From NCBI GenBank assembly GCA_964507055.1, contig CAZDOJ010000002.1, positions 687-64,686 on the forward strand: a DNA stretch of 64,000 nucleotides, in the 5' to 3' direction. Each line of letters starts with the position of its first letter. Position 1 is the first letter of the stretch. Below the pieces are notes generated by a model, which saw nothing but the letters and a program-made list of their open reading frames with translations, was not told the DNA's origin and did no database searches. The position numbers and the translations under genes are program-made. Below are positions 16,088 through 26,696 of the stretch, in pieces. Source of the stretch: an uncultured Gammaproteobacteria bacterium (GTDB lineage: Bacteria > Patescibacteriota > Microgenomatia > Levybacterales > UBA12049).

Positions 16088-17632
16088 TTGGTAACAAGTC
16101 AAAATGGCGAGTTGTACTTTGTGGTGGGAGTAGATGATTGGGGCAATGATGCAAATGCAACAGCAGGGAGTGGTTATATGATTCAAGATCAGCAAGCAGA
16201 TGTTGATACACATGAACGATTCTATACAGAAGCAAAAGTCGCAAATTCAGGAACACACGCAACCAATTTCACCATAGGGTCTGCTTCTAAGTGGGCTGTG
16301 ATCGGAGCATCATTCAAGCCAGCAGTGATAGCAAGTGGTTCAGGAACAGCTTCAGGATCTGCAACATTTACTTATGATTTAAATGGAAATATGGCGAGTG
16401 ATGGTGCGAAGTTGTATCAGTATAACGAAGCAAATCAGCTAAAGACAGTGAAGCTCGCAAGTAACAGTGCGACTATTGCAGAATATGTCTATGATTACAA
16501 AGGTCAAAGAATGGTTAAGAAAAATTACAACAATGGCACGCTTGCAAATACAGTCATCTCATGGAGTGATAGTTTTGAAACAAAAGCGATTGTAGGTGGG
16601 GGAACTGAAACGACAAACTACTATTTTGCAAATAATGAGTTGGTAGCGAAGAAAGATAACAGTGGCAATAAAGTCTACTTCCACAATGATCATCTGGGAT
16701 CGAATTCCATAACGACCAATCAAGCTGGATCACAGGTAGAAAATGTGACATATGACCCATGGGGTAAGGTCCTGGGAGCTGCGACACAGAGTAAGTATCT
16801 GTACACAGGACAAGAATACGACGGAGAGACAGGACTCAATTATTACGATGCTCGATACTACAATGCAGACATTAGAAGGTTTACCCAGCCAGATCCTATT
16901 GTTCAAGATGTCTATGATCCACAATCGCTTAATAGATATTCTTATGCCAGAAATAATCCACTAAGATATACTGATCCGACAGGTCATGCAATCTGGGATA
17001 CAATTGTAAATTCTGTTAAGCAAGCAGTAAGTGCTGTTCAATCGTTCTTCTCACCACCAAAGGCTCCTCCTGTTTATTCATCTTTGCCAGCATCGTCAAT
17101 TCCTTATCGAGGACCAATTAATACTCCTTCAGCCGGAAGGTCAAGTGGAAGTAGTAGCTCAAGTAGTAGTAATGGTGGCGGAAGTGGCGGAAATGGTAAT
17201 TTAGGAGGAGGCTCAGGTGGCAATTCAGGGCAAGGGAGCAATTATAATGGCTCTTCTCCAGTGGTTAAGAAAATAGTAGATAAAACTTCTTTTCCTTTGA
17301 ACTTAGCAGTTTCCGCATACTATGCTTATAGCATTCGTAACGATGTGCGAAAGGAGGCTCAAAATAGACCTGGTGGAGCAGACGATGGCACAGAGGGAGA
17401 TGCTTGGCGACATGCGCGTATTATGGAAATCTTGGTTAAAGATACTGGACCTGAGAATGCATTAATGATAGGTGTAGCACATGAAGTCCAAGGATTAACT
17501 AGCAAGAATTGGACCGCACAGGATAGCTTTATGGATATGCATAACAATGTTGTGTCTGTTTATGGAGTAAGTAATGGCTTAACACCAAATCAGTTGGTCG
17601 AAAAAAATATGCTATATTACTACAAGAAATGA
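16088..17632 (+). CDS. Short RHS/YD-repeat protein: a few YD repeats, the RHS repeat-associated core, then a ~230-aa C-terminal polymorphic-toxin-like domain. It starts at TTG and looks N-terminally truncated (orphan CT cassette).
   Basis: YD repeats (FTYDLNGNM, YVYDYKGQRM, YYFANNELVAKKD). Core motif YTGQEYDGETGLNYYDARYYNADIRRFTQPDPI ... NPLRYTDPTGH. A G/S-rich linker precedes a unique C-terminal domain. A stop lies immediately upstream in frame, and no ATG start is present. Confidence 0.7.
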   Translation: MVTSQNGELYFVVGVDDWGNDANATAGSGYMIQDQQADVDTHERFYTEAKVANSGTHATNFTIGSASKWAVIGASFKPAVIASGSGTASGSATFTYDLNGNMASDGAKLYQYNEANQLKTVKLASNSATIAEYVYDYKGQRMVKKNYNNGTLANTVISWSDSFETKAIVGGGTETTNYYFANNELVAKKDNSGNKVYFHNDHLGSNSITTNQAGSQVENVTYDPWGKVLGAATQSKYLYTGQEYDGETGLNYYDARYYNADIRRFTQPDPIVQDVYDPQSLNRYSYARNNPLRYTDPTGHAIWDTIVNSVKQAVSAVQSFFSPPKAPPVYSSLPASSIPYRGPINTPSAGRSSGSSSSSSSNGGGSGGNGNLGGGSGGNSGQGSNYNGSSPVVKKIVDKTSFPLNLAVSAYYAYSIRNDVRKEAQNRPGGADDGTEGDAWRHARIMEILVKDTGPENALMIGVAHEVQGLTSKNWTAQDSFMDMHNNVVSVYGVSNGLTPNQLVEKNMLYYYKK

Positions 17633-17653
17633 TAGAATATACGTGGAATATTT

Positions 17654-18289
17654 ATGAAAAATAAAAAAGGAAGTAATTTGGTTAATGATCTAGCTTTAAA
17701 AGGATTGCTTTTAGCATTAATCATTGTATTTGGAGTGTACTTATATATAGATTTAAATTCAGTTTTGTCCCAATCTCATAACTCTTCATCTATTGTTAAA
17801 GATAATCCTAGTAATAACTCAAAATCATATCAGAATACTTCCGACGGCTTTAACTTTGAATATCCAGCGAGCTATAATTTAGACGAAAAAAAGCAGGAGG
17901 GTAATACGTTACTTGATCTTGAAAAAGATAGTAAATTAGATCAAGATGGCTATTATTTGGTAAAGGGATCTTGGATCAGGATTACTTTTAAGAAAGACTT
18001 AAAGTCATTTATTCAGTATGTTCAGGAAGAAAATAAAAGAGTAGTAGAAAAAAATGAAGCAGGAATTGAAGAAAGAAATATTAACGGAATAGAAGCTTTA
18101 GAAGTTAATTATCATAATACCTATAGCCACCCTTTAAAGATTGCGGGCATAAAAAAAGTCTATTTAAAAAATAATAATGATGTTTTAGAGTTGTCATTAC
18201 AAGTTGGAAGAGAAACTACAAAAGTTGAATATGAAACATATATAAAAGAGTTTGATTCAGTTGTTAATAGCGTAAAGTTTGGTAATTAG
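17654..18289 (+). CDS. Putative immunity protein for the upstream RHS C-terminal toxin. Membrane-anchored, 211 aa.
   Basis: The gene starts 22 nt after the RHS stop on the same strand. N-terminal TM, no known family. The call rests on position only. Confidence 0.35.
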   Translation: MKNKKGSNLVNDLALKGLLLALIIVFGVYLYIDLNSVLSQSHNSSSIVKDNPSNNSKSYQNTSDGFNFEYPASYNLDEKKQEGNTLLDLEKDSKLDQDGYYLVKGSWIRITFKKDLKSFIQYVQEENKRVVEKNEAGIEERNINGIEALEVNYHNTYSHPLKIAGIKKVYLKNNNDVLELSLQVGRETTKVEYETYIKEFDSVVNSVKFGN

Positions 18290-18402
18290 TTATAACTTCG
18301 TAAACTTTCCGATGTAGTATCTTTCCATTCCTCATGTATAATATTTATAATGTTTAAGAAGAAGATTCTTGCTCTGCTTCCATATGGTATTGTTGCAATG
18401 CA

Positions 18403-18738
18403 GTGGTTACGAATCTCCCCAAAGATGCCTCTGTCGTGTCACAGAATAACATTACGCCGCATATAAGTCAGCGAAATGAGGTATTTACCCTCTTTCCTGA
18501 AAAGAAGGATTTTGTAAAGAATTCTCCATGCGGACAGAAGAGTTGTAATTGGTTCCGTTGGTCTGGCAATCCGCAATTTTTGATAGTGGATACATCAGGG
18601 GACTGGGATGCTAGAGGCTTATTAAGTGACCGAGAAAGCTTTGTAGATGGTCTGGAGAATTTAGAGAAAGCCAAGGTAATTCAAAAGGCTCACGAAAAAG
18701 GAGACGCCGTACTTTACAAGATTGTAAAACAGCCGTAA
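18403..18738 (+). CDS. Hypothetical protein (111 aa).
   Basis: ORF only. Confidence 0.3.
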   Translation: MVTNLPKDASVVSQNNITPHISQRNEVFTLFPEKKDFVKNSPCGQKSCNWFRWSGNPQFLIVDTSGDWDARGLLSDRESFVDGLENLEKAKVIQKAHEKGDAVLYKIVKQP

Positions 18739-18765
18739 AGAGGTTTGTGTGCAAATGCATCATTA

Positions 18766-20745
18766 TTATTTAGATCGCTTTAACGTCAGCAAATAAAGGC
18801 ATAGTAAGAAGAACGGAGAGAGCAATAGCGTAACATATCTTGCTTCTTTATTATCAAAAATATTTTGTATTTTATTTGCAATAAACTCTCCAAATTGACC
18901 TGGATTTGAGAGGAGGGCTTTTTTATCTACTTTTACCACATTTGTCAAAATTGTATCTGAAGAATTAATAATAACATCCTTATTTGCACGAGGGTCAGTA
19001 ATACTTAATTCAACAGTGTAGTTCTTATCTTTCGCATCTGGTATCGGTGGAAATCCCAATGGATATTTATTATTTTTTAAGCGTCCATCTAAATCGTATG
19101 TATTTACTGCATACCAATCTTTTGCTCCTTGTTCTTTAATCTTGAAAATGAAAGTTTGTTTTGTAGGTTTTCCAGTAGTCATTTGCTCATGCATATTAAC
19201 TGTCAGAATTTGCAGATTGGCATCTTGAGATGTGAAGTAGATCGTCACTTTTTCAGACTGCTTCATAGAAATCTTTGTGCTATTTCTCAATTCTACCGGT
19301 GAATATATGGTTGATTTTGCGATAGGGTATTCTTTGGAAAAGAAGTTGAAATTTGATTGATAGGAGCTTAATATTGCTACCACAAGTATCACACATGTTG
19401 CAATCAATGGTATAGAAACGCTCCTCGTAGAGAGTTTCTGTGGCACTTTCTTTAAAGAGACATTATTCGTACTAGTGCTACGGTTAAAATATGGCTTTTC
19501 AAGTAAATAGTACAATATCATCGAAGTAACGATAGTCAAACCAAAATGGAGTAGGATAGAAAGAAAATTACTCAATGGATCGGTTGGCTTATACAGCTCT
19601 TTCGCGATGAGTCCTACAGGAATGTGGCTAAGATATATAGAAAAGCTAATTGTTCCGAGAAAGACCAAAATCTTTGATGATAAAAGCTTTGACAGCATCG
19701 ATATATTTGATAGCGCCAAAGCTATGACAAATCCAAAAGGTATCGTCCAGAGGACATGAATCCATGGATCTAGGTTGACATTATCGGAATTGAAAAAAAG
19801 TGTTTTGCTAAAGATAGCTATGAAGAACAAGAGCACTGCAATAAATTGAAGTTTGCCCGAGAAAAATTTGCCCAAAGATTTAAAGATATATATGTTATTC
19901 CGATAAAGATGTGCCAAAACCATACCGCATATAAAGTAGTAGAAAAGTTGAAACTGCAAAATACCTAACCCATAAACTTTTTGAGACAGTATTTGGAGTC
20001 CTACGAAAAATGGTATAAGAGCAAGGAGGGTAATGACTTTCATAAAACGCTTTCTTTGTATCATAAATCCAATTAAAGGTACGCAAATCACCGGGTAAAC
20101 AATATAAAAAAGAACTTCTGAAGTAAGACTCCAGTAGACTCCATCAATCTGTGGGATATAGTTTCCAAATGGTAATGTAAGTGTTGCATTTACCATCCAA
20201 AGAATTGCATTGCGAACGTATTCGGGCAATTGTTGATTCAAAACGATTGGAGGTTGCCTCATAATCCAGAACATATAGAATAATGCAGAAAAGATTTGGA
20301 ACGCTAGAAATGAAAATAGAAGTGTTTTGTTAAGTACAATTGAAGAAATTTTCTTAATGCCGTAAACCCAAATAATATGGGAAATAAGTGCTAATCCAAA
20401 TATAAGACTTGTTTTCAAATACCAAGCCATATCTGGAGCGATGCGGTATAACACCATAACAGTACACATAGTAAGGAAAAGAGGAAAAATTCTGGTATAT
20501 CTCTTTTGAAGGAATTGTGTATAACTTGGAGGATTTGGATAAATATATGCCATTAAGAAACCGGAAAGAATAAACAGAAGCGTTACACCTGTTACACCAT
20601 TTGAAAATAATATCTGGGTAAAAAGGGGAGACCAATTTTGTGTAAGCGAGGTGAGTTCTACATGATTAAGAAATACCAAAATAATAGCAATTCCGCGGAT
20701 TCCATCTAGCACTTGTAATCTTTTAACATTTTTATCTTTTTCCAT
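18766..20745 (-). CDS. Acyltransferase-3 (OafA/YrhL-like) family membrane protein with a C-terminal extracytoplasmic domain.
   Basis: N-terminus LDGIRGIAIILVFLNH, typical of PF01757. About 10 TM helices, then a soluble C-terminal domain. Confidence 0.7.
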   Translation of the reverse strand: MEKDKNVKRLQVLDGIRGIAIILVFLNHVELTSLTQNWSPLFTQILFSNGVTGVTLLFILSGFLMAYIYPNPPSYTQFLQKRYTRIFPLFLTMCTVMVLYRIAPDMAWYLKTSLIFGLALISHIIWVYGIKKISSIVLNKTLLFSFLAFQIFSALFYMFWIMRQPPIVLNQQLPEYVRNAILWMVNATLTLPFGNYIPQIDGVYWSLTSEVLFYIVYPVICVPLIGFMIQRKRFMKVITLLALIPFFVGLQILSQKVYGLGILQFQLFYYFICGMVLAHLYRNNIYIFKSLGKFFSGKLQFIAVLLFFIAIFSKTLFFNSDNVNLDPWIHVLWTIPFGFVIALALSNISMLSKLLSSKILVFLGTISFSIYLSHIPVGLIAKELYKPTDPLSNFLSILLHFGLTIVTSMILYYLLEKPYFNRSTSTNNVSLKKVPQKLSTRSVSIPLIATCVILVVAILSSYQSNFNFFSKEYPIAKSTIYSPVELRNSTKISMKQSEKVTIYFTSQDANLQILTVNMHEQMTTGKPTKQTFIFKIKEQGAKDWYAVNTYDLDGRLKNNKYPLGFPPIPDAKDKNYTVELSITDPRANKDVIINSSDTILTNVVKVDKKALLSNPGQFGEFIANKIQNIFDNKEARYVTLLLSPFFLLCLYLLTLKRSK

Positions 20746-20881
20746 ATATTATCAGTTTAGTTTATTCTATAATTTCCGCCATTCAGGTGCAATAATCTAG
20801 AAATGCAGAAGTAATCCTGACGTCTAATTAAAAAGGAGGGGCTGTTCTTTACAAGATTATAAACAGCAGTAACTCTAAAAA

Positions 20882-22456
20882 TCAGTCAAGATTAGCTGCT
20901 TTAGGAAGTGAATAATTAAGAGTTTTGATATCGTTTATTTGTTGCTCCGTAAGCTCAGAAACTTTTGATTTCTTCATGTATAAACAAGTCTTTTGGGTAC
21001 CGTTTATTAACTGGATGTACGTATCCTTGGCAGTAGGAGGGATTAATTTGGTTGATGTTTGTTTACCACAATCAATGTAGTAAAAATCTGGTGGATGTTG
21101 TGCAAACATAGTTGTCCTTTCCTGAGCATATTCAGGAACACTACTTGTGACAGGATAATAAAAAGCGTATTTATAGGAAGAATCCCTTTTTGTTTGCCAA
21201 TAGATTAAACTATCCCAGTAGTCAATAAAAACTGTATCGTCTGCTTCAGATAAGATGTTCATGATAATGCCGTTTGTGTAGTACTTACTGTAGTTAATGG
21301 TAAATGCTTCCTCGCGATTTACATTTTCCCAAAGATATGTTTTGGGATAGACCAAAAGAGAAAGAAATAAAAGTGCGATAGGGATAAGGAGTAGCTTCGC
21401 AGCCTTTTTATTTATTTGGTAGATTTCCTTTACAAAAATAAATAAAGTAAAACAAAACATTCCAAACCAAACAATTGCATGATAGGCTACATAAAAATTG
21501 ACAGTGGAACCAACCCATCGAATATTTCCCAATCCAAGCAAGACCAGAAATAGGACTATTTTCCAAGGAGTATATTTTTTGTAGATCAGATATCCAATAG
21601 CCAAAAGAAATGTTATATCGAGTCCGATCAGTATAGTTCTGTAGAAATTCCAGCCTGATTCAAAAAGGATATATATCGGATAGAAAAAAGAAATCAATCC
21701 AGAATCAATTTTGCCATTGCTAGTAACTTCTACTGGTACAACGTATGTTGCGTTAACCGTAATTACTTGGTAAATAAAATCTTTCAGTGAAACAGTACAA
21801 AGGATGAGAAAAGTCAAAAGGAGAAAGGTGCTGATTGGAGCTACGTTCTTTATAAGAGGTCTGTTCCGCCAGAGGAGAATGGCGTACATAATTGCGACGA
21901 GTGGAATAAAAGGCTCACGCATAAAAACCACAAACCATGTGCAAATTGAGGCAAGGATAAGCTCAAACATGTGAATCTTCTTTTTTGAAAAACTTTCCCA
22001 GACCAGACCCAATAAGTAAATAATTGGATAGATGATAAATGATTCTGCGAGAAAGAGATTTCCGAAAAGGTAATACTTTAATGGTTCAAAAAACAAAGCA
22101 AAACCAATCCCTACGTACCGAAAACGATAAATCAGCAGAAGATTCGCAATGAAAGCAAAGGCAATAACAATAAGTCTATGATGAACAATCAATTCGTATA
22201 AAGAATTAGGATGGACGAAAAGTTGATACACATAACTGATGTATGGCATAAGCATTTGATGATGGAAGAAGATATCAGTGTAAAGTCTTCTCCCATGGTC
22301 CATAAAATAAGCTGCTACCATATTGGTATACTCGTCGACAAAATGGAATGTTGTTGCATGCTTAAAATATGTGAACGAGGTAAAAATAAGAAATGCGACT
22401 GTCAGAGTACTACTTATATAAAATAATTTTTTGGGATGTATTTGTTTTATTTTCAT
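20882..22456 (-). CDS. Polytopic membrane protein, possibly a GT-C-type glycosyltransferase or polymerase.
   Basis: More than 10 predicted TM helices. Located between an acyltransferase and two GT4 genes. No specific motif recognised. Confidence 0.35.
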   Translation of the reverse strand: MKIKQIHPKKLFYISSTLTVAFLIFTSFTYFKHATTFHFVDEYTNMVAAYFMDHGRRLYTDIFFHHQMLMPYISYVYQLFVHPNSLYELIVHHRLIVIAFAFIANLLLIYRFRYVGIGFALFFEPLKYYLFGNLFLAESFIIYPIIYLLGLVWESFSKKKIHMFELILASICTWFVVFMREPFIPLVAIMYAILLWRNRPLIKNVAPISTFLLLTFLILCTVSLKDFIYQVITVNATYVVPVEVTSNGKIDSGLISFFYPIYILFESGWNFYRTILIGLDITFLLAIGYLIYKKYTPWKIVLFLVLLGLGNIRWVGSTVNFYVAYHAIVWFGMFCFTLFIFVKEIYQINKKAAKLLLIPIALLFLSLLVYPKTYLWENVNREEAFTINYSKYYTNGIIMNILSEADDTVFIDYWDSLIYWQTKRDSSYKYAFYYPVTSSVPEYAQERTTMFAQHPPDFYYIDCGKQTSTKLIPPTAKDTYIQLINGTQKTCLYMKKSKVSELTEQQINDIKTLNYSLPKAANLD

Positions 22457-22558
22457 GGTATTAAGAGGAAGCTGAACTTTATTTTATATAGTTTATTATA
22501 CATACTTTAGGAGCAGTTTGGTCGATATCCTTTTGCTCAACCACATAGCCTTGAGATC

Positions 22559-23890
22559 ATGGCTAGAAGCTCTTCTATGCTCTTACCTTATCCTTACGCA
22601 AAACCACGGAAAAAGTTTACACAACAACACGATAATGAATCATGTTGTCTCAACAATAATCGTATGAAAATTCTTTACCTATTTAATTTTCCACTTTACG
22701 GGAACGGCAGTGCAAGTTTTCTTCGAGAACTTAGTGCTCAATTGAAAGATAAGCATGAAATTGCAATACTTTCTCCCGATAAAAGAAAGCTCGATGGCGT
22801 CAAACATTTCGTGGTCAGAGCACCACAAGATGGCGTGTTTGTCGGACATCCTGAGTTGCCAGGTGCTAAAAAATTCCAAGATATGGATGGTCGCGAAATT
22901 GGCGAGATCTATACCACATATTTGTGGTCAACGATCCAAGCAGTCAATGAATTCAAACCTGACGTTATTCACGTGTTCCACACAGCATATCTCCCAAGTA
23001 TCGCTCGTCTGATTAAATCTTTCTATGGAACTAAGTACATTATCACAACTCACGGAAGTGATTTAAGTTACTTTGAGCAAGATAAACGGTTTGCAGGACT
23101 CATGCGAGATGCCAATCGTGAAGCACGATTTATTACTGCCTGCAGTGATTTTACGAAGAAATGGTATACAAGAATGTTCGGCGAAGCATTAAAGAGAAAA
23201 ACCTCAACAATAGTTGGAGGAGTAAATCTTGATCATTACAAAAAAGATCCTGAGCAGATTGCAAAGATTAATGACATGTTTGGTCTTCACGGTAAAAAAG
23301 TTGTCTTATTCACCGGTCGCTTAACAAAGCATAAAGGAGTAGCTTATCTTATACGAGCTGCAAAGAGTATTAATGGGACAGTTTTGGTGGTAGGAGATGG
23401 TCCTGAACGACCTAACCTTGAGGCAGAAATCAAAAAGCATAAGCTTACCAACGTGATTATGGCGGGATATGTGGCTAATAAAGAACCATATTATCATGCT
23501 TTTTATGAAAGAGCAGATGTGTATGTTGCTCCAAGTACATGGGATGAGCCTTTGGGCTTGACCATTATTGAGGCTATGGCAGCTCATACTCCAGTTGTTG
23601 CGACCAAAAAAGGTGGAATTTTGTCAATCATTAATGACAAAGTAAATGGCTATCTTATTCCTTCAAGAAACGCGAGTGCGATTGCCGAGAACGTCAATAT
23701 GCTTTTAGAAAATGATAATTTACGAGCTGAAATAGGTGCACGAGCATATGCAACTGTGGAGGAGAAATTTAGTTGGAAAAAGATTGCTAAGAAGTTTGAA
23801 AGACAGTATGAAGAGCTAGTGGGGAAGAATTGGAAGAGGGAAGTACTGCCAATCGAAAAATTCTTCAACTGGGTCTTTGCAAGGAATTGA
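22559..23890 (+). CDS. Glycosyltransferase family 4 (GT-B).
   Basis: EPLGLTIIEAMAAHTPVVATKKGG, the E-x7-E GT4 motif. Confidence 0.8.
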   Translation: MARSSSMLLPYPYAKPRKKFTQQHDNESCCLNNNRMKILYLFNFPLYGNGSASFLRELSAQLKDKHEIAILSPDKRKLDGVKHFVVRAPQDGVFVGHPELPGAKKFQDMDGREIGEIYTTYLWSTIQAVNEFKPDVIHVFHTAYLPSIARLIKSFYGTKYIITTHGSDLSYFEQDKRFAGLMRDANREARFITACSDFTKKWYTRMFGEALKRKTSTIVGGVNLDHYKKDPEQIAKINDMFGLHGKKVVLFTGRLTKHKGVAYLIRAAKSINGTVLVVGDGPERPNLEAEIKKHKLTNVIMAGYVANKEPYYHAFYERADVYVAPSTWDEPLGLTIIEAMAAHTPVVATKKGGILSIINDKVNGYLIPSRNASAIAENVNMLLENDNLRAEIGARAYATVEEKFSWKKIAKKFERQYEELVGKNWKREVLPIEKFFNWVFARN

Positions 23891-24278
23891 TATTGACCTA
23901 TATGTACCCCATACTTTATAGTTTGATATACTAAGATAGTGAAAGAAAGACTTCCACTACTAGTTTATGGCCAAGGCCCTGTATTGAGCGAACAGCCCCG
24001 CTAAATTGTAAAAATGACTGATAGCCCATCCTATTTAACTCGAACTGATCGGCCTCAGACCGACTTAACTCCGTTCGATGGCAGAATGAACCGATGGGAA
24101 CAGGGAATAGGGTGGCCAGAAGAAGTAGAAGTGAAATTCCAACAGACTTTATATCCTCAAGCAGCGTAATTAGCAGCAGATATACATCAAGCGATAGCCT
24201 CAATTGAGTGCTCTTCTTATATAATTCTTACCTTATTTCTATATACTTCTTATTGCTGAGCTTTAGAATTGATGAGCT

Positions 24279-25367
24279 ATGAAAATATTACTAGTCTCTT
24301 TATTAAAACGAAATATATCTCCTGACCAAACTGCTTCAAGGCCAAGAATGATCTATGAACTTGGGAAAGGCTTACTTAATCGTGGTCATGAAGTGACAGT
24401 TCTTGGTACCGAAGATAGTGTTTTGCCTGGAGCAAAAATTATAGGCGTTATTCCAAAAGCGTTTAATGAACTTCCTAGCTTCGAAAATCCCTTTTATGCA
24501 GAGACAAGTTACTTACTACAGCTTGAAAAAAAGCTTGAAGAAATCGCACCTGAGTTTGATATGATCCATAATCATACATATCCAGAGTTTCTCAACCTTA
24601 TGGCCACGGATTCTATAAAAACTCCGATGCTTACCACGGTTCATGCTCAAGCAACTCCAGAGTTTGATGACGCATTAAGTCTTTTTCCGAAAGCAAATTT
24701 GGTTTCAATTTCTAAAGCTCATCAAAAAGGATTTGTAAAATCCAAACCATCACAAGTTATTTATAATGGCATTGACACATCCCTGTATAAATTTTCACAA
24801 CAAAAAGAAGATTATATGCTATGGATAGGCAGATTAAGTAAGTCGCAGAATTCAGATGGATCATATATAGATCCTAAAGGTATTCGTCACGCAATTCAAT
24901 TGGCCCGCGAAACCAATCAAAATTTAAAGCTTTCAGGAAATATTGAAGATATAAATTTTTTCAAAAAAGATGTTGAGCCGTTTTTAAATGACAAAATTCA
25001 GTGGATTGGTAAAAAATCATCTGAACAACCATTATCTAAAGATGAAGTCGTGCAACTTATGCAATCAGCAAAGGTTTTTCTGATGACAATTAACTGGAAT
25101 GAACCTTTTGGGCTTGTAGTTGCGGAAGCGATGAGTTGTGGAACTCCAGTGATTGGATTCAAAAGAGGTGCAATTCCTGAGCTTATAGCAGATGGAAAAA
25201 CCGGTTTTACAGTCGATCCTGAGGCTGGAATTGATGGTTTAAAAGAAGCTTTATCAAAAATTGATTCTATTAATCCGATTGATTGTCGTCGCCATGTTGA
25301 AGAAAATTTTAGTATTCAAAAAATGATTGATAATTATGAAAATGCCTACAAAAGTCTCCAAATTTGA
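24279..25367 (+). CDS. Glycosyltransferase family 4 (GT-B).
   Basis: EPFGLVVAEAMSCGTPVIGFKRGAIPELI. Confidence 0.8.
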   Translation: MKILLVSLLKRNISPDQTASRPRMIYELGKGLLNRGHEVTVLGTEDSVLPGAKIIGVIPKAFNELPSFENPFYAETSYLLQLEKKLEEIAPEFDMIHNHTYPEFLNLMATDSIKTPMLTTVHAQATPEFDDALSLFPKANLVSISKAHQKGFVKSKPSQVIYNGIDTSLYKFSQQKEDYMLWIGRLSKSQNSDGSYIDPKGIRHAIQLARETNQNLKLSGNIEDINFFKKDVEPFLNDKIQWIGKKSSEQPLSKDEVVQLMQSAKVFLMTINWNEPFGLVVAEAMSCGTPVIGFKRGAIPELIADGKTGFTVDPEAGIDGLKEALSKIDSINPIDCRRHVEENFSIQKMIDNYENAYKSLQI

Positions 25368-26068
25368 CAGTAATTTTTCTGAAATCGCATGTTTTTAAAT
25401 TTTATTTCTCTCAAAAATCTACTTGGATAAATTAATCATTGTTATCAAAAAATAAATTTTAGTTTAGGATTTTTAATATTTTCTAAAATATTTTTCCATG
25501 GATTATAGCAATAATTATTGCTTAATTATTTGATTTCATAATGCTTCAAAATCATCATTCATGTTCGGCGAAAATTTACGATAGATTACGGCGTGTAGAT
25601 GTTCAAAATGGTATTTTATAGCCAGTAATTTAGTCAATTATATCAAAGCAAATATCATATTATGTATACATAAGTCATATCTATAAGGAGTTGCAAAAAA
25701 CTGAAAAGTTGCACAAGGCTTACATGACAATTTCTCAAGTATCGATGGTTTTCGAGCTGCGGCTTAAGCTATCAAAAAAAACTTGAAATTATGGTTGAGA
25801 TTGATTATGATTTTTTTACATATTATTTTTTCCGGATTTTTTCTGCCCGGCTAGGTCTTTGCGGCTTAAAAATACCTCTAGCCACAAAGTGAAAAATGAG
25901 AAAAACATTCAAGCAGTAAACTGTTTACTTAGTTTTTTTTATTCAAAGGCCTTCTAGGCGATTCTATGACAATTAAGGCTAAATATTGAAAAAATTTGAG
26001 GCTAACCCTCCATAATGCGATAATCTTACAAGTATTTTTAAAAACTGAGGTATACTTTTTTACTAACT

Positions 26069-26668
26069 ATGAAAAATTCTATTAAAAATAAACCATCTAC
26101 CATTTTGTTTGCTATGCGACATGGACCAACTACGTGGAATCTTGAGAAACGCATTCAAGGGAATGTTGAAACTGATATCGTCAAGGATGCCATAAAGCCC
26201 TACTTTCAACGAATCAAAGCTGCAAAAATCTCTCAGCCTGATGTCATTATCGTTTCAGGTCTAAAAAGAACGACCCAAACTGCAAAGGAGCTTATCAAAT
26301 ATAATAATTGGACTGATATAGCAATCTTCATTGATAAGGATTTTAATGAAAGAAAATGGGGAATCTTTGAAGGATTATCAATAGAAGCTGCACAGGATAG
26401 ATTTTTCAGTGATCCTGCAATCAAAAAGGATTTTCCAAATGCAAAAGATTGGGATGATGGGACATTTAAAGTTGCAAATGGTGAATCGATGAATGAAGTC
26501 GCCCAAAGAGTAAAGCCCGCATTACTGAGAGCATTGAAAAAGTATCGAGGAAAGACAATTCTTCTTGTTCTTCATGCTGGAGTTCTTGTCTCGCTGGGAT
26601 TAGATTTCCAAAAAATAAGCAGGATGGACTTTACATATGAAGGTAAAATGACTGTTAAAACAGTCTAA
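26069..26668 (+). CDS. Histidine phosphatase superfamily (phosphoglycerate-mutase-like) protein.
   Basis: RHG catalytic motif (FAMRHGPTTWN). LVLHAGVL near the C-terminus. Confidence 0.65.
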   Translation: MKNSIKNKPSTILFAMRHGPTTWNLEKRIQGNVETDIVKDAIKPYFQRIKAAKISQPDVIIVSGLKRTTQTAKELIKYNNWTDIAIFIDKDFNERKWGIFEGLSIEAAQDRFFSDPAIKKDFPNAKDWDDGTFKVANGESMNEVAQRVKPALLRALKKYRGKTILLVLHAGVLVSLGLDFQKISRMDFTYEGKMTVKTV

Positions 26669-26696
26669 TCCAAGAAATAATCTCATCTTAGAATCA

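Noticed and set aside
24016-24183. Possible 55-aa ORF (MTDSPSYLTRTDRPQTDLTPFDGRMNRWEQGIGWPEEVEVKFQQTLYPQAA) in the 390-bp gap upstream of the second GT4 gene. It overlaps an opposite-strand 90-aa ORF.
   Set aside because: No motifs and no clear RBS. Two overlapping candidates on opposite strands suggest chance ORFs. Left uncalled.
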